From contig OY843751.1 of NCBI GenBank assembly GCA_963693055.1, positions 448,001-512,000 of the forward strand: a stretch of 64,000 nt of DNA, written 5' to 3'. The notes below the pieces were generated by a model. It did no database searches. It was given only the letters and a program-made list of their open reading frames with translations, and had not been told where the DNA came from. Position numbers and translations under genes: made by a program. Position 1 is the first letter of the stretch, and every line of letters starts with the position of its first letter. Below, one piece after another: positions 43,022 through 52,368 of this stretch. This stretch comes from a bacterium (GTDB lineage Bacteria > Zhuqueibacterota > Zhuqueibacteria > Residuimicrobiales > Krinioviventaceae).

Positions 43022-43705
43022 ATGCAAAAACAAAGCAGAGTAGATATATTTTCATTCAAAGCTGTAATATTTGATATGGACGGTGTGATTGTAGATTCCG
43101 AAGGAATGCATTTTAAAACCATGCAGGATGTATTTGCAAAAGAAGGTGTGAATCTTGAATATGATCATTTTATGGATATTGTGGGGCACACAACCACCCG
43201 CAACATTCAGGATATTAACAAGTGGTTTGGCCGGGATTTTGATCCGCCCGAGATGGTGAAAAAACTGCATGATGCTTTTGCAAAAGAACTGGATGATAAC
43301 GGAATGGATGCCCAACCCGGATTTTTTGATTTGGTTGAGCAGTTGAAATCCAAAGACATGCCTATCGCTTTATGTACTTCTTCATCCCGTGAAGAAGCTG
43401 AATATATGTTTAAATTTATTTTGAAAAAACATCCGGAATATATCACATTGTATGATATTTTTGATACCAGTGTTACGGGGCAGGATATAAAAAACCGCAA
43501 ACCGCATCCCGATCCGTATCTGAAAGCCATGGCTGGGGTTGAGGAAAATCCCGGGGACTGTCTGGTGTTTGAGGATTCGTCATTGGGTATCGCATCCGCC
43601 AAAGACGCGGGCTGCGGAATGTGCATTGCCCTGCGGCATCCCTATAATGTCAATGGCATTGGTCGTGCGGATTTTGTGATTGATTCGCTAGTGGAGGTGT
43701 TGTAA
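43022..43705 (+). CDS. HAD-family phosphatase (beta-PGM-like), copy 1
   Basis: FDMDGVIVDSE, CTSS, KPHPDPY, FEDS. Confidence 0.9.
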   Translation: MQKQSRVDIFSFKAVIFDMDGVIVDSEGMHFKTMQDVFAKEGVNLEYDHFMDIVGHTTTRNIQDINKWFGRDFDPPEMVKKLHDAFAKELDDNGMDAQPGFFDLVEQLKSKDMPIALCTSSSREEAEYMFKFILKKHPEYITLYDIFDTSVTGQDIKNRKPHPDPYLKAMAGVEENPGDCLVFEDSSLGIASAKDAGCGMCIALRHPYNVNGIGRADFVIDSLVEVL

Positions 43706-43888
43706 ATTTTTTTGCTTGCCGGGGGGAACATTTCATATCTTTTTCCGTAATATAACAATATTTTTATAAACCCAAAGATGGGTTTTATTGATTGCTTTTC
43801 CGGTTGTTACAGAACCACCAGCACCGAGGAGAACATTTTTTATTATATGTATTGTTTAGACTGTATAAGCGGATGGAATGGAGACGAT

Positions 43889-44578
43889 ATGGAAAATACA
43901 AGCAGTGTTACAGTAGATTTGTTGTCTTTTCAGTCAGTTATTTTTGACATGGATGGGGTTGTTGTTGATACTGAACGTGTACATTTTGACACGACACGAA
44001 ATGTATTCAAGGAACTGGGCATAAATCTTACTGATGAGCATTATGCCAACTTTGTGGGGCATACTACCAATATTAAAATTCAAAATATTATTGACGAATT
44101 TGGATGTGAGCTGGATATTCCCTTTTATGTAAAGAGATTACGTAAAGCATTTGAAGATCGGTTGGAGAATTATGGCGCAGATGCCCGGCCCGGCTTTTTT
44201 GAAATTGTAAAGTATTTAAAGGAAAATCGAGTCAGTATCGCTTTATGCACTTCATCTACCCGTGATGAAGCACAATATATGTTTGAACGGATATTAGTAA
44301 ACCATCCGGAATATGCTTCAATGGATGAAATTTTCAATGTCGTTATTACGGCAGATGATGTGAATCATCGCAAACCGCACCCGGAGCCCTATTTAAAAGC
44401 CATTAAAGGTACGGGCGCAATTGCATCTGATTGCCTGGTATTTGAGGATACCGCAACGGGGATCACTGCTGCCAAAGACGCGGGCTGCGGTGTGTGCATT
44501 GCCTTGAACCATCCCTATAATGTGAACAAGCTGGCACAAGCTGACTTGACAATTGATTCGCTTGAAGAGGTGTTGTAA
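43889..44578 (+). CDS. HAD-family phosphatase (beta-PGM-like), copy 2
   Basis: FDMDGVVVDTE, CTSS, KPHPEPY, FEDT. Confidence 0.9.
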   Translation: MENTSSVTVDLLSFQSVIFDMDGVVVDTERVHFDTTRNVFKELGINLTDEHYANFVGHTTNIKIQNIIDEFGCELDIPFYVKRLRKAFEDRLENYGADARPGFFEIVKYLKENRVSIALCTSSTRDEAQYMFERILVNHPEYASMDEIFNVVITADDVNHRKPHPEPYLKAIKGTGAIASDCLVFEDTATGITAAKDAGCGVCIALNHPYNVNKLAQADLTIDSLEEVL

Positions 44579-44579
44579 A

Positions 44580-47435
44580 CTAGATCACCGTCCATCTGAT
44601 GAGGAACAGTTCTTTGGATTCGAATTCATGGTGCATGCGCTGATGGATCTTTTCGATCAACTTGTCGCGTTTGGCCATAATTTCATCTTCCACATCAAAC
44701 AGATGCTGTCTTTTCACCCGTTTTTCAATTTCCTGACTTTTGATCTCTACCTGTAATTGGTGTTGGCGCAGTGTGTCCTGGGTCATACGCGATTCGCGAC
44801 TCAGGGATTTGATTTTCGCCTTTATATCTTTGAGTGCACGTTCTGCACCAATGACCATATCATCGGCCCAGGAATCAAGCTTGTCGCATTCCTGCGCGAA
44901 AAAGCTGTTGTTGAGATTGACAGATTCTCTGACTTTTTTCTGAATAGAGTCACGCGCGCTTATATCAATGTGGCGCTTAACCTCGGGCGGGATCTCTTTT
45001 AATCGTGATGATGCGGCCCTTAATTGAAAGAATTTTTCACAAATATCAGGATCAATGGTTTTGCCCGCTTCGGTCAAACCCGTCCAGATGAGGTATTCCT
45101 CCGGTTCAAAGGATTGTACCTGCAACAGGTGCAGTGCTATCCAGCCGGATTTGCCTCTGAGTCGCTCAATTACCGAGATTTTTTTCGGATGGTTGGTAAT
45201 GTCAAAGTATAATTGTGAAGGGGGAGTCTCGCCGTTTTTACCCGCGGCCAGGACAAATTCACCCAACGGATGTGACAAACGATACAAAAACTCGCCGCTG
45301 GTATTGCTGCGGGTTTTGGAGATCATTTGGTAGTTGCCTGGTTTAACCGATTCCAATGGGGATTTGGACAGGTTAAATTTTAAAGAGTCATCAAAAAAAC
45401 GGGCGTTCTGGTTTAAAATGAATTTGCTCAAATCCCAGAAATATGAGCCATATCTGTCCAATTGTTCCCGTGCGTTTTCCAATTGCATTTTAAAACGGGC
45501 ATGGACCTCTTCGTCAAAATGCTCCAGCAGGGTGCGACGGGTATCGGCCATCTTGTCCTGGATCAGTTCGTCCAGTTCCAGTCGCAACTGGGAAAAGGCC
45601 TCTTCAATCTCTTCGGTACTGCGGCAGGATTCATATATTTTGTGTATGCGTCTTTCAAAGTCAACCCCCGAATCTATGTTACCTAAAACTTCATCTGACG
45701 CACCAAAAACACCTTCAAACAAGCTGAATTTTTTATCCAGTAATTCGTATACCCGGCAATCGGTTTCGTTACGTTTGTTGAGAAAATTTACTACAACGAC
45801 ATCAAATTTTTGACCGTAACGGTGACAGCGACCAATACGCTGTTCTATACGCTGGGGATTCCAGGGCAGATCGTAATTAATGAGCAGTGAGCAGAATTGC
45901 AGGTTAATACCTTCAGCAGCCGCTTCAGTAGCGATCATGATCTCCCCGTGATCGCGAAAATATTCTACAATGGCGGTGCGCATATCCACAGCCCGTGAAC
46001 CGGCTACACGACCTGAATCTTTGTTTTTTTCCAGCCATTCTTTATAGACTTTGTTAGAGATTTCGTCATTGTTGGTCCCGTTGAAGAGAATGATCTTGTC
46101 TTTAAATCCGTTTTCAGACAGAAACTGTACCAGGTATTCCTGCGTGCGTCGGGATTCTGTAAAGATAATGGCTTTACGCAATGCTTTCATTTTGGCAAGT
46201 TCTTTGAATCCGGTATCCAGCGCTTGCAGTAAGGTTTTGGCCTTGGTGTCGGTAGCGAGACTGTTGGCGTAAATAATTAGAGAGTCGAGCTCTTTGATCT
46301 CGTCCGCAATTTTAACAGGATCAAATTCCAGTTTTTTGCCGCCATTGCGTTTTGCGCCGGCTTCGTCCAGAATGTCTTCTTCCAGATCGTCGTTTACAAA
46401 CATCTGGTCAAGCCATTCCGAGTCTTTGATGGTTTCGCCGGCCAGCAATGCTTTCAGGCGGTTCCTCATTAATCCCAGAGTACCCGAGATTGCATAGATG
46501 GAAGACGCCAAGATTTTGCGCAAAACCAGGGTCATTAAATGCCGCTGGGCATGAGGGATCGAGTAGGTGTCTTCACGCGCGATAAATTCAGATATATGGT
46601 CATAGAGCTGGTGCTCATTGTCCGTGGGTTCGTACGGCAGGGTGAGCGTTCTGCGCTTGGTATAGCGGATGTACTCTGTTACCTGGTTACGCAGGGTACG
46701 TTTGCAGAACCGTTCCAGACGAACAGCAAGTTCTTCGCTGCCGCCGGCCTTGTTAATAAACTGGGCACGAAAAGCTTCGGGATCGCCAAAAATATGCTCG
46801 TCAATAAATGTTGAAAGTCCATACAGTTCCATGAGTGAATTCTGTAATGGAGTTGCTGTTAGTAGTACCTTGTTTTTACCATCAAGTGCCCAGCGCAGTT
46901 CATGCGCCATTTTGTTTTTGGGTTTATAGACATTGCGAAGCTTGTGGGCCTCGTCAATAACCACCATGTCCCAGTCGATTGTACGCAGTTTTACACCATA
47001 TCGGCTGGCAAAGTGCACGGATGCGATTACGATTACATCGTTATCAAAGGGATTGGGGTTACCTTTGGCCTTGATCTGTTTGTAGGAGCGGGCATCGAGA
47101 ACCATATTGGGAAGATGGAACTTTTCCATCAGTTCGATGCTCCATTGTTTACGCAGGGCAGCGGGACTAATGATCAATAGTTTGCGTTTTCGTTCCGCCC
47201 AGAGTTGGCATAATAAAAGTCCGGCCTCGATGGTTTTACCCAGCCCCACCTCATCCGCCAGAATAGCACCTTTGGCCAGGGGAGAGCGCATACCAAACAG
47301 CGCCGCTTCAATCTGGTGCGGGTTCAAGTCGATGCAGGCATCGAAAAGCGAGTGGGTAAGTTTCTGGATGCTGCCCGCGTTGTGTTGTAGTGATAATTCG
47401 TGCGCGAAAAATTTCGCATGGAATGGTGTTGACAT
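44580..47435 (-). CDS. SNF2-family helicase/ATPase
   Basis: LADEVGLGKT, DEAH, LTATP, EGINLQ, YDLPWNPQRIEQRIGRCHRYGQ; coiled-coil C-terminus. Confidence 0.9.
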   Translation of the reverse strand: MSTPFHAKFFAHELSLQHNAGSIQKLTHSLFDACIDLNPHQIEAALFGMRSPLAKGAILADEVGLGKTIEAGLLLCQLWAERKRKLLIISPAALRKQWSIELMEKFHLPNMVLDARSYKQIKAKGNPNPFDNDVIVIASVHFASRYGVKLRTIDWDMVVIDEAHKLRNVYKPKNKMAHELRWALDGKNKVLLTATPLQNSLMELYGLSTFIDEHIFGDPEAFRAQFINKAGGSEELAVRLERFCKRTLRNQVTEYIRYTKRRTLTLPYEPTDNEHQLYDHISEFIAREDTYSIPHAQRHLMTLVLRKILASSIYAISGTLGLMRNRLKALLAGETIKDSEWLDQMFVNDDLEEDILDEAGAKRNGGKKLEFDPVKIADEIKELDSLIIYANSLATDTKAKTLLQALDTGFKELAKMKALRKAIIFTESRRTQEYLVQFLSENGFKDKIILFNGTNNDEISNKVYKEWLEKNKDSGRVAGSRAVDMRTAIVEYFRDHGEIMIATEAAAEGINLQFCSLLINYDLPWNPQRIEQRIGRCHRYGQKFDVVVVNFLNKRNETDCRVYELLDKKFSLFEGVFGASDEVLGNIDSGVDFERRIHKIYESCRSTEEIEEAFSQLRLELDELIQDKMADTRRTLLEHFDEEVHARFKMQLENAREQLDRYGSYFWDLSKFILNQNARFFDDSLKFNLSKSPLESVKPGNYQMISKTRSNTSGEFLYRLSHPLGEFVLAAGKNGETPPSQLYFDITNHPKKISVIERLRGKSGWIALHLLQVQSFEPEEYLIWTGLTEAGKTIDPDICEKFFQLRAASSRLKEIPPEVKRHIDISARDSIQKKVRESVNLNNSFFAQECDKLDSWADDMVIGAERALKDIKAKIKSLSRESRMTQDTLRQHQLQVEIKSQEIEKRVKRQHLFDVEDEIMAKRDKLIEKIHQRMHHEFESKELFLIRWTVI

Positions 47436-47704
47436 GTAACTCCTTATTTCTCCTGAAAACGCAAAGATAATAATATACGGAAATTTTCGTCGATTGCAAA
47501 GATTGAATTGTAAAAAATAGATTAGCCCATGGGCTTTCCCTGAGTTTATCCAAGGGTATAACGTTGGTAGGCGGAGAACGTATCGAAGGGACGAGGGTTT
47601 TTTGTCCCTCGGGAGGATTGGATGAGGATGAACAATTCAAAATCATTTCATTTTGTAGAGAAAACAATTATATTCAAAAAATAATTCAAATCCGGGAAAA
47701 TGAA

Positions 47705-48439
47705 ATGAAAAATCATATCGCAATCGTTTGTGCGTTGCTGGTTTTATCCGTGTCCTATTACTGCCTTGCTGAAGAGAGTCAAATCGGCGGCGTTGCGGAA
47801 AAGTCCGTTTATTTTGCAGAGATGGATTCTTTAATGCAGGTCAAATGGCCGGATAACCGTACCATAACGATTGTTTGTCATGGTCACAGTGTGCCTGCCG
47901 GTTATTTTGAAACTCCCTTTGTAGATACGTTTGACGCCTATCCGCATCTTTGGCATAGGGCGTTAAAGGAAATCTATCCCTTTGCGGTAATCAATGTTAT
48001 AGTAACCGGCATAGGCGGTGAAACATCTGAAAGCGGGGCCAACCGTTTTGAACAGGATGTGCTGACACATCATCCGGATATTATTACAATTGATTATGCT
48101 TTGAATGACAGGGGTATGGGGCTGGAAAAAGCCAGGGTAGCCTGGCAGACTATGATTACCAACGCGCAAGCACAGAACATCAAGGTGATTTTGTTGACAC
48201 CCACAGCAGACAAAGGTTCAGATATGGATGATGCATACGATCCATTGAATCAGCATGCTGAGCAGGTGCGGGGATTGGCGGAGAAATACCATGTTGGGCT
48301 GGTAGATAGTTATGCTGCGTTTAAAGAGTATGTTCAAAATGGCGGGCAACTGGACGATCTCATGTCTCAGGTAAACCATCCCAATCGCAATGGACACGAT
48401 CTGGTGGTCAAGGCGTTGATGGAGTGGTTTCCGGAATAG
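47705..48439 (+). CDS. SGNH/GDSL hydrolase
   Basis: HGHS block I, GIGGETS, YALND, NHPN; signal peptide. Confidence 0.85.
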   Translation: MKNHIAIVCALLVLSVSYYCLAEESQIGGVAEKSVYFAEMDSLMQVKWPDNRTITIVCHGHSVPAGYFETPFVDTFDAYPHLWHRALKEIYPFAVINVIVTGIGGETSESGANRFEQDVLTHHPDIITIDYALNDRGMGLEKARVAWQTMITNAQAQNIKVILLTPTADKGSDMDDAYDPLNQHAEQVRGLAEKYHVGLVDSYAAFKEYVQNGGQLDDLMSQVNHPNRNGHDLVVKALMEWFPE

Positions 48440-48574
48440 CCTTACTGAGGAAATATTGGTTTGGGTTAAGTACCTCCCAGAGGTTAAAGAAACAAAAAAT
48501 TACTTGATTGTTTGTTCGGTATTGGCTTAATTATAGATATATCAACTGTAATCAATGGGGATTCAGGGGATCGC

Positions 48575-49384
48575 ATGGATCTGGAACAGGATTATCTTGA
48601 AAACGAGTATGACGACAATGAGTTGAGTTTGGATGTTGAACCCGAACCTTTTGAACCGTATCTGGGGATTTTTAAATCTATTCTGGTTCTGGTTTTGTTG
48701 CAGGGTGTTACCTTTGTCATTGGCATTATTATGAGTGTGCTTGCTATTATGAATAGCAACATCGAAATTTCAGACATTGATGCCAAAGCATTTGAGCAGC
48801 AGCTCAACACAAATGGGTATTTTCTTGCCGAAAGTACGTTTTACAATGCCATTCTCTCACTGACACTTTTATATATTATTATTCAATATAGACGGGGCGT
48901 GGATTTCAAGACGTACATTGGATTCAACAAGGTCAGTCTAAAAGTAATTTTTGAGACGGTACTGATAATCTTGGCTTTGAAGGTAGTCATGGTTGTTCCG
49001 GTTTCAAGCCGATTGACGCACCTCAAAGTTGATGATTTTATGCTGATATTTGTACAATCTGATGGCCCAAAATTGTTTTTCTGGTTCACAATTGTTGTGG
49101 CAGCGCCCGTGTTTGAGGAAATACTGTTTAGAGGATTCTTTTTAGAAAGCCTGGTCCATTCCAAATTGAGTGTGCACTGGGCGATTGTTTTATCGTCTCT
49201 AATCTGGGCGTTGATTCATACACAGTATGGTCTGGAGGCCAAATTCTTTTTGTTTTTTATCGGATTGTTTTTTGGGTATTACAAGATCCGGTACAATTCT
49301 ATCTGGCCGCCCATTGCGGGACATGTGTTTATGAATTTGACATCTTTTGTTCTGGTATCAGCTATTCATTATTTCAATGGTTAA
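48575..49384 (+). CDS. CPBP (CAAX/Abi) intramembrane metalloprotease, copy 1
   Basis: APVFEEILFRG, WALIH, H..MN. Confidence 0.88.
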   Translation: MDLEQDYLENEYDDNELSLDVEPEPFEPYLGIFKSILVLVLLQGVTFVIGIIMSVLAIMNSNIEISDIDAKAFEQQLNTNGYFLAESTFYNAILSLTLLYIIIQYRRGVDFKTYIGFNKVSLKVIFETVLIILALKVVMVVPVSSRLTHLKVDDFMLIFVQSDGPKLFFWFTIVVAAPVFEEILFRGFFLESLVHSKLSVHWAIVLSSLIWALIHTQYGLEAKFFLFFIGLFFGYYKIRYNSIWPPIAGHVFMNLTSFVLVSAIHYFNG

Positions 49385-49534
49385 TTGGTTATTGGATTTA
49401 ATATTATGTTACCAGGGTCATAAAAAAGGACCACGAAACACACAAAAAAGCATGAAAAGAACTTGAATTCATGGTTGGAACTGAATGGTTTAATTTGCAT
49501 ATCAATTCTATATAGTTATGGGGATTCCGGGTAA

Positions 49535-50287
49535 ATGAGAACAAACGCTGCAGTACGCAATCCCAAACCCTATTTGGGGGTTTTTAAAACAATAGCGGTA
49601 TTGGTTTTGTTTCAGATTGTTTCTGTGATTGTAACCGTAGTTTTGGGGATAATTTCCGTTGTCAAAAGTTCATATGAATTGACAGATCTAAACATTGGAA
49701 CGTTTTTTCTACAACTGGTATCCGATGGATATTTTATTGCCCAAATTACGTTTTACAGTGCAATATTGGTACTGGTAGCCCTGTACCTCATTATTGATTT
49801 GCGTAAGGGTGTGGATTTTAAAACCTATATTGGTTTGAAATGGCCCGGTATGCAAGCTATTGGTGAGACGCTTTTAATCATTATTGCCTTAATAACCTTT
49901 GTGAGTGTTGCTGGCCCGGATATAATGGGTGGGCAGAACGCGGAATTTATGAAAGACGTTGTACAGTCTAACGGCTCTGTTGTGTTTATCTGGTTTGGGT
50001 TTGCCATTGTGGCGCCGTTTCTGGAAGAGGTATTGTTTAGAGGATTTTTTCAATCCGGGCTTGCGCATTCCAGGCTGGGCACCCATTGGGCGGTTATTCT
50101 GGTATCGCTGGTTTGGGCATTGTCGCATTCTCAATATACTCTGGGCGTTAAGGTGTATTTGCTCTGTTTTGGACTGGTTTTGGGGTATTCACGGGTACGG
50201 TATCATTCTATCTGGCCCGCCATTGCAGGACATGTATTTAACAATTTAATATCGATGATTGTAACCACGTTGTCAGTTTATTCTTGA
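49535..50287 (+). CDS. CPBP (CAAX/Abi) intramembrane metalloprotease, copy 2
   Basis: APFLEEVLFRG, WALSH, H..NN. Confidence 0.88.
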   Translation: MRTNAAVRNPKPYLGVFKTIAVLVLFQIVSVIVTVVLGIISVVKSSYELTDLNIGTFFLQLVSDGYFIAQITFYSAILVLVALYLIIDLRKGVDFKTYIGLKWPGMQAIGETLLIIIALITFVSVAGPDIMGGQNAEFMKDVVQSNGSVVFIWFGFAIVAPFLEEVLFRGFFQSGLAHSRLGTHWAVILVSLVWALSHSQYTLGVKVYLLCFGLVLGYSRVRYHSIWPAIAGHVFNNLISMIVTTLSVYS

Positions 50288-50318
50288 GTAAAACAAATAA
50301 TTTATAAGGGAATTGAAT

Positions 50319-50783
50319 ATGAACATGACTCAAAAGGCCGGACTGTTACTACCACTGCTGATGGTTATTCTGTTGACACTGCTGTGGGGATGTGATTTGG
50401 AAAATACCAAAACCGCAAAATCGGATGGGGTGTGGGTGTTTTTGACGCTTCGTTACGAGAGTAATGATGGGTTCCAGTTTAATTATTATTATGGTGAAAT
50501 GAACAAAAAGCTGTATAACAAAATAGCCAATAACCTGATTACAAAAGGATTTTTTAAACTCAACAAGGTCCGGTACTGGAACAATGACGACAAGCTTGAG
50601 CTATACGCGGATGATGTTTATTCCGGTAATATGGTGTTCCGTATTGAGGATATACGCAAGTTGAACGAGCTCAAGGACGATCCCGTGCTTACCAATATAT
50701 ATGAAGAACTCTCGGAAACCGCCAAGTCCCTGCGAGACAGTACGCAGGTAGAGGAGAATTTGAATTTTAATGATACGGAATGA
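50319..50783 (+). CDS. Hypothetical lipoprotein
   Basis: Hydrophobic signal with LWGC lipobox. Confidence 0.65.
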   Translation: MNMTQKAGLLLPLLMVILLTLLWGCDLENTKTAKSDGVWVFLTLRYESNDGFQFNYYYGEMNKKLYNKIANNLITKGFFKLNKVRYWNNDDKLELYADDVYSGNMVFRIEDIRKLNELKDDPVLTNIYEELSETAKSLRDSTQVEENLNFNDTE

Positions 50784-51037
50784 TCTTTATGTATGTTGGT
50801 TAAGTTATTAATCGCAGTCCAAAAGTTAATAACCACGGAGGATACAGAGATTAGAACAACAAAAATTGTCCGCAGGTGGGCGGATAGGCTTAGTATAAGG
50901 ATGGTTAATAGGGAAAAGAATGGAATTTCATGTTTATGGGAAAGTTTAATGACTCTATTAATGATAAAGATTCTTTTGAGAGATGAAACCAATACCATAA
51001 ATAGAATTTAATAAACTAATGAAGAAAAAGGTGCAGA

Positions 51038-52150
51038 ATGATTCGGAAAATATTTATTGGAGTAATTTTAATGGTAACAAATATATTCCCAAGTGATTTT
51101 AATCATTTATACCCAATTATAGTGAATGATAAATGGGGATTTATTGATAAATTTGGAACAGTACAGATTGAACCGGTATTTGATTGGGTTTCCCCTGTTG
51201 TTGAGGAAGTGGAACAAAAATTAATCCCTGTTGTTTTGGATAAAAAGTTTGGTTATATAAATAGAAATGGAGATATGGTAATTGAGCCACAATACCAAGA
51301 TGCAAGTGAATTTAATGACCAAATAGCAATTGTTAAAATTAATAAAAAGTATGGTGCGATTAACTTTAATGGAGAATTTGTTATTCAACCAATATATGAT
51401 GAAATAAGTAGTTTTGTAAAATTCAATATTACTACTTTCAGAAAAGATGGAAAATGGGGATATATTGATACAAAAGGAAATATTTTGATTGATGCTCTAT
51501 TTGATGATGCGTATGAGTTATCTGAATGTGGTTGTGCACCATTTATGATAAAAGAGAAAAGGTTTTTATTTTCTAAAACTAAGTGGGGATTTATTTGTTT
51601 GGATAGAATTATTATGGAACCACAGTTTGAAATGATTTGGGATTTTAATGAAGGAATTTCTGCTTTTGAAAATGACGGAAAATGCGGTTTTATTAAATCT
51701 ACAGGGGAATTATTAACTGAAGCAATGTATGAAAATAATCTAAGTTTTTCAGATAGTTTGGCTGCTATAAAGTTAAATGAAAAATGGGGTTTTATTAATC
51801 ATGCCGGAAAGATTGTTATTCCATGTAAATATGATGCAGCTTGGAGTTTTCAGGAAGGTTTAGCCCCAGTAAGTCTTGATGATAAATGGGGGTTTATTGA
51901 TAAATCCGATAATATGATAATACAGCCCCAATTTGAATCTGCTTGGGAATTTCAGGATGGAGCGGCAACTGTGAAAATTAATGATATGTGGGGTTTTATT
52001 GATAGAAATGGTAATATTATTGTTGAACCTCAGTTCTATTTATTTGGAGACTGTGGAAATTTTATTGATGGAATTGCAAGTGTCAGAATTAATAATAAAA
52101 GAGGTTATATTGATAAACAGGGAAAGTATATTTGGAAATTGCAAAAATAG
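51038..52150 (+). CDS. WG-repeat (KWG) protein
   Basis: Repeated KWGFID..G...I.P.F...F.EG.A units; AT-rich. Confidence 0.88.
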   Translation: MIRKIFIGVILMVTNIFPSDFNHLYPIIVNDKWGFIDKFGTVQIEPVFDWVSPVVEEVEQKLIPVVLDKKFGYINRNGDMVIEPQYQDASEFNDQIAIVKINKKYGAINFNGEFVIQPIYDEISSFVKFNITTFRKDGKWGYIDTKGNILIDALFDDAYELSECGCAPFMIKEKRFLFSKTKWGFICLDRIIMEPQFEMIWDFNEGISAFENDGKCGFIKSTGELLTEAMYENNLSFSDSLAAIKLNEKWGFINHAGKIVIPCKYDAAWSFQEGLAPVSLDDKWGFIDKSDNMIIQPQFESAWEFQDGAATVKINDMWGFIDRNGNIIVEPQFYLFGDCGNFIDGIASVRINNKRGYIDKQGKYIWKLQK

Positions 52151-52214
52151 TCGTTGAATATTAAGTGAAAAGATTAATAAAAATTGAATCAAATTAAAAA
52201 TGGGAGATATAAAA

Positions 52215-52252
52215 TCCACCCAAGGTTCATAACCTTAGGGTGGGTGGTTTTT
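52215..52252 (+). terminator. Hairpin, probable terminator
   Basis: ccacccaaggtt-cat-aaccttagggtgg followed by gtggttttt. Confidence 0.55.
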
Positions 52253-52368
52253 AACTCTGGCTGCATATTATGCCTATTTGCAATTCAAATGGATTTTGAA
52301 TAATCCCTCTGTCTCAGTGGTTAATTTTTTTTGTTTGCAAATATCCCCGCAAAACCGTACATATATTC

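Noticed and set aside
47524-47615. Small palindromes between the SNF2 and SGNH genes as an IS remnant
   Set aside because: Short hairpins only (agcccatgggct; agggac...gtccct), with no transposase fragment or matching second end.
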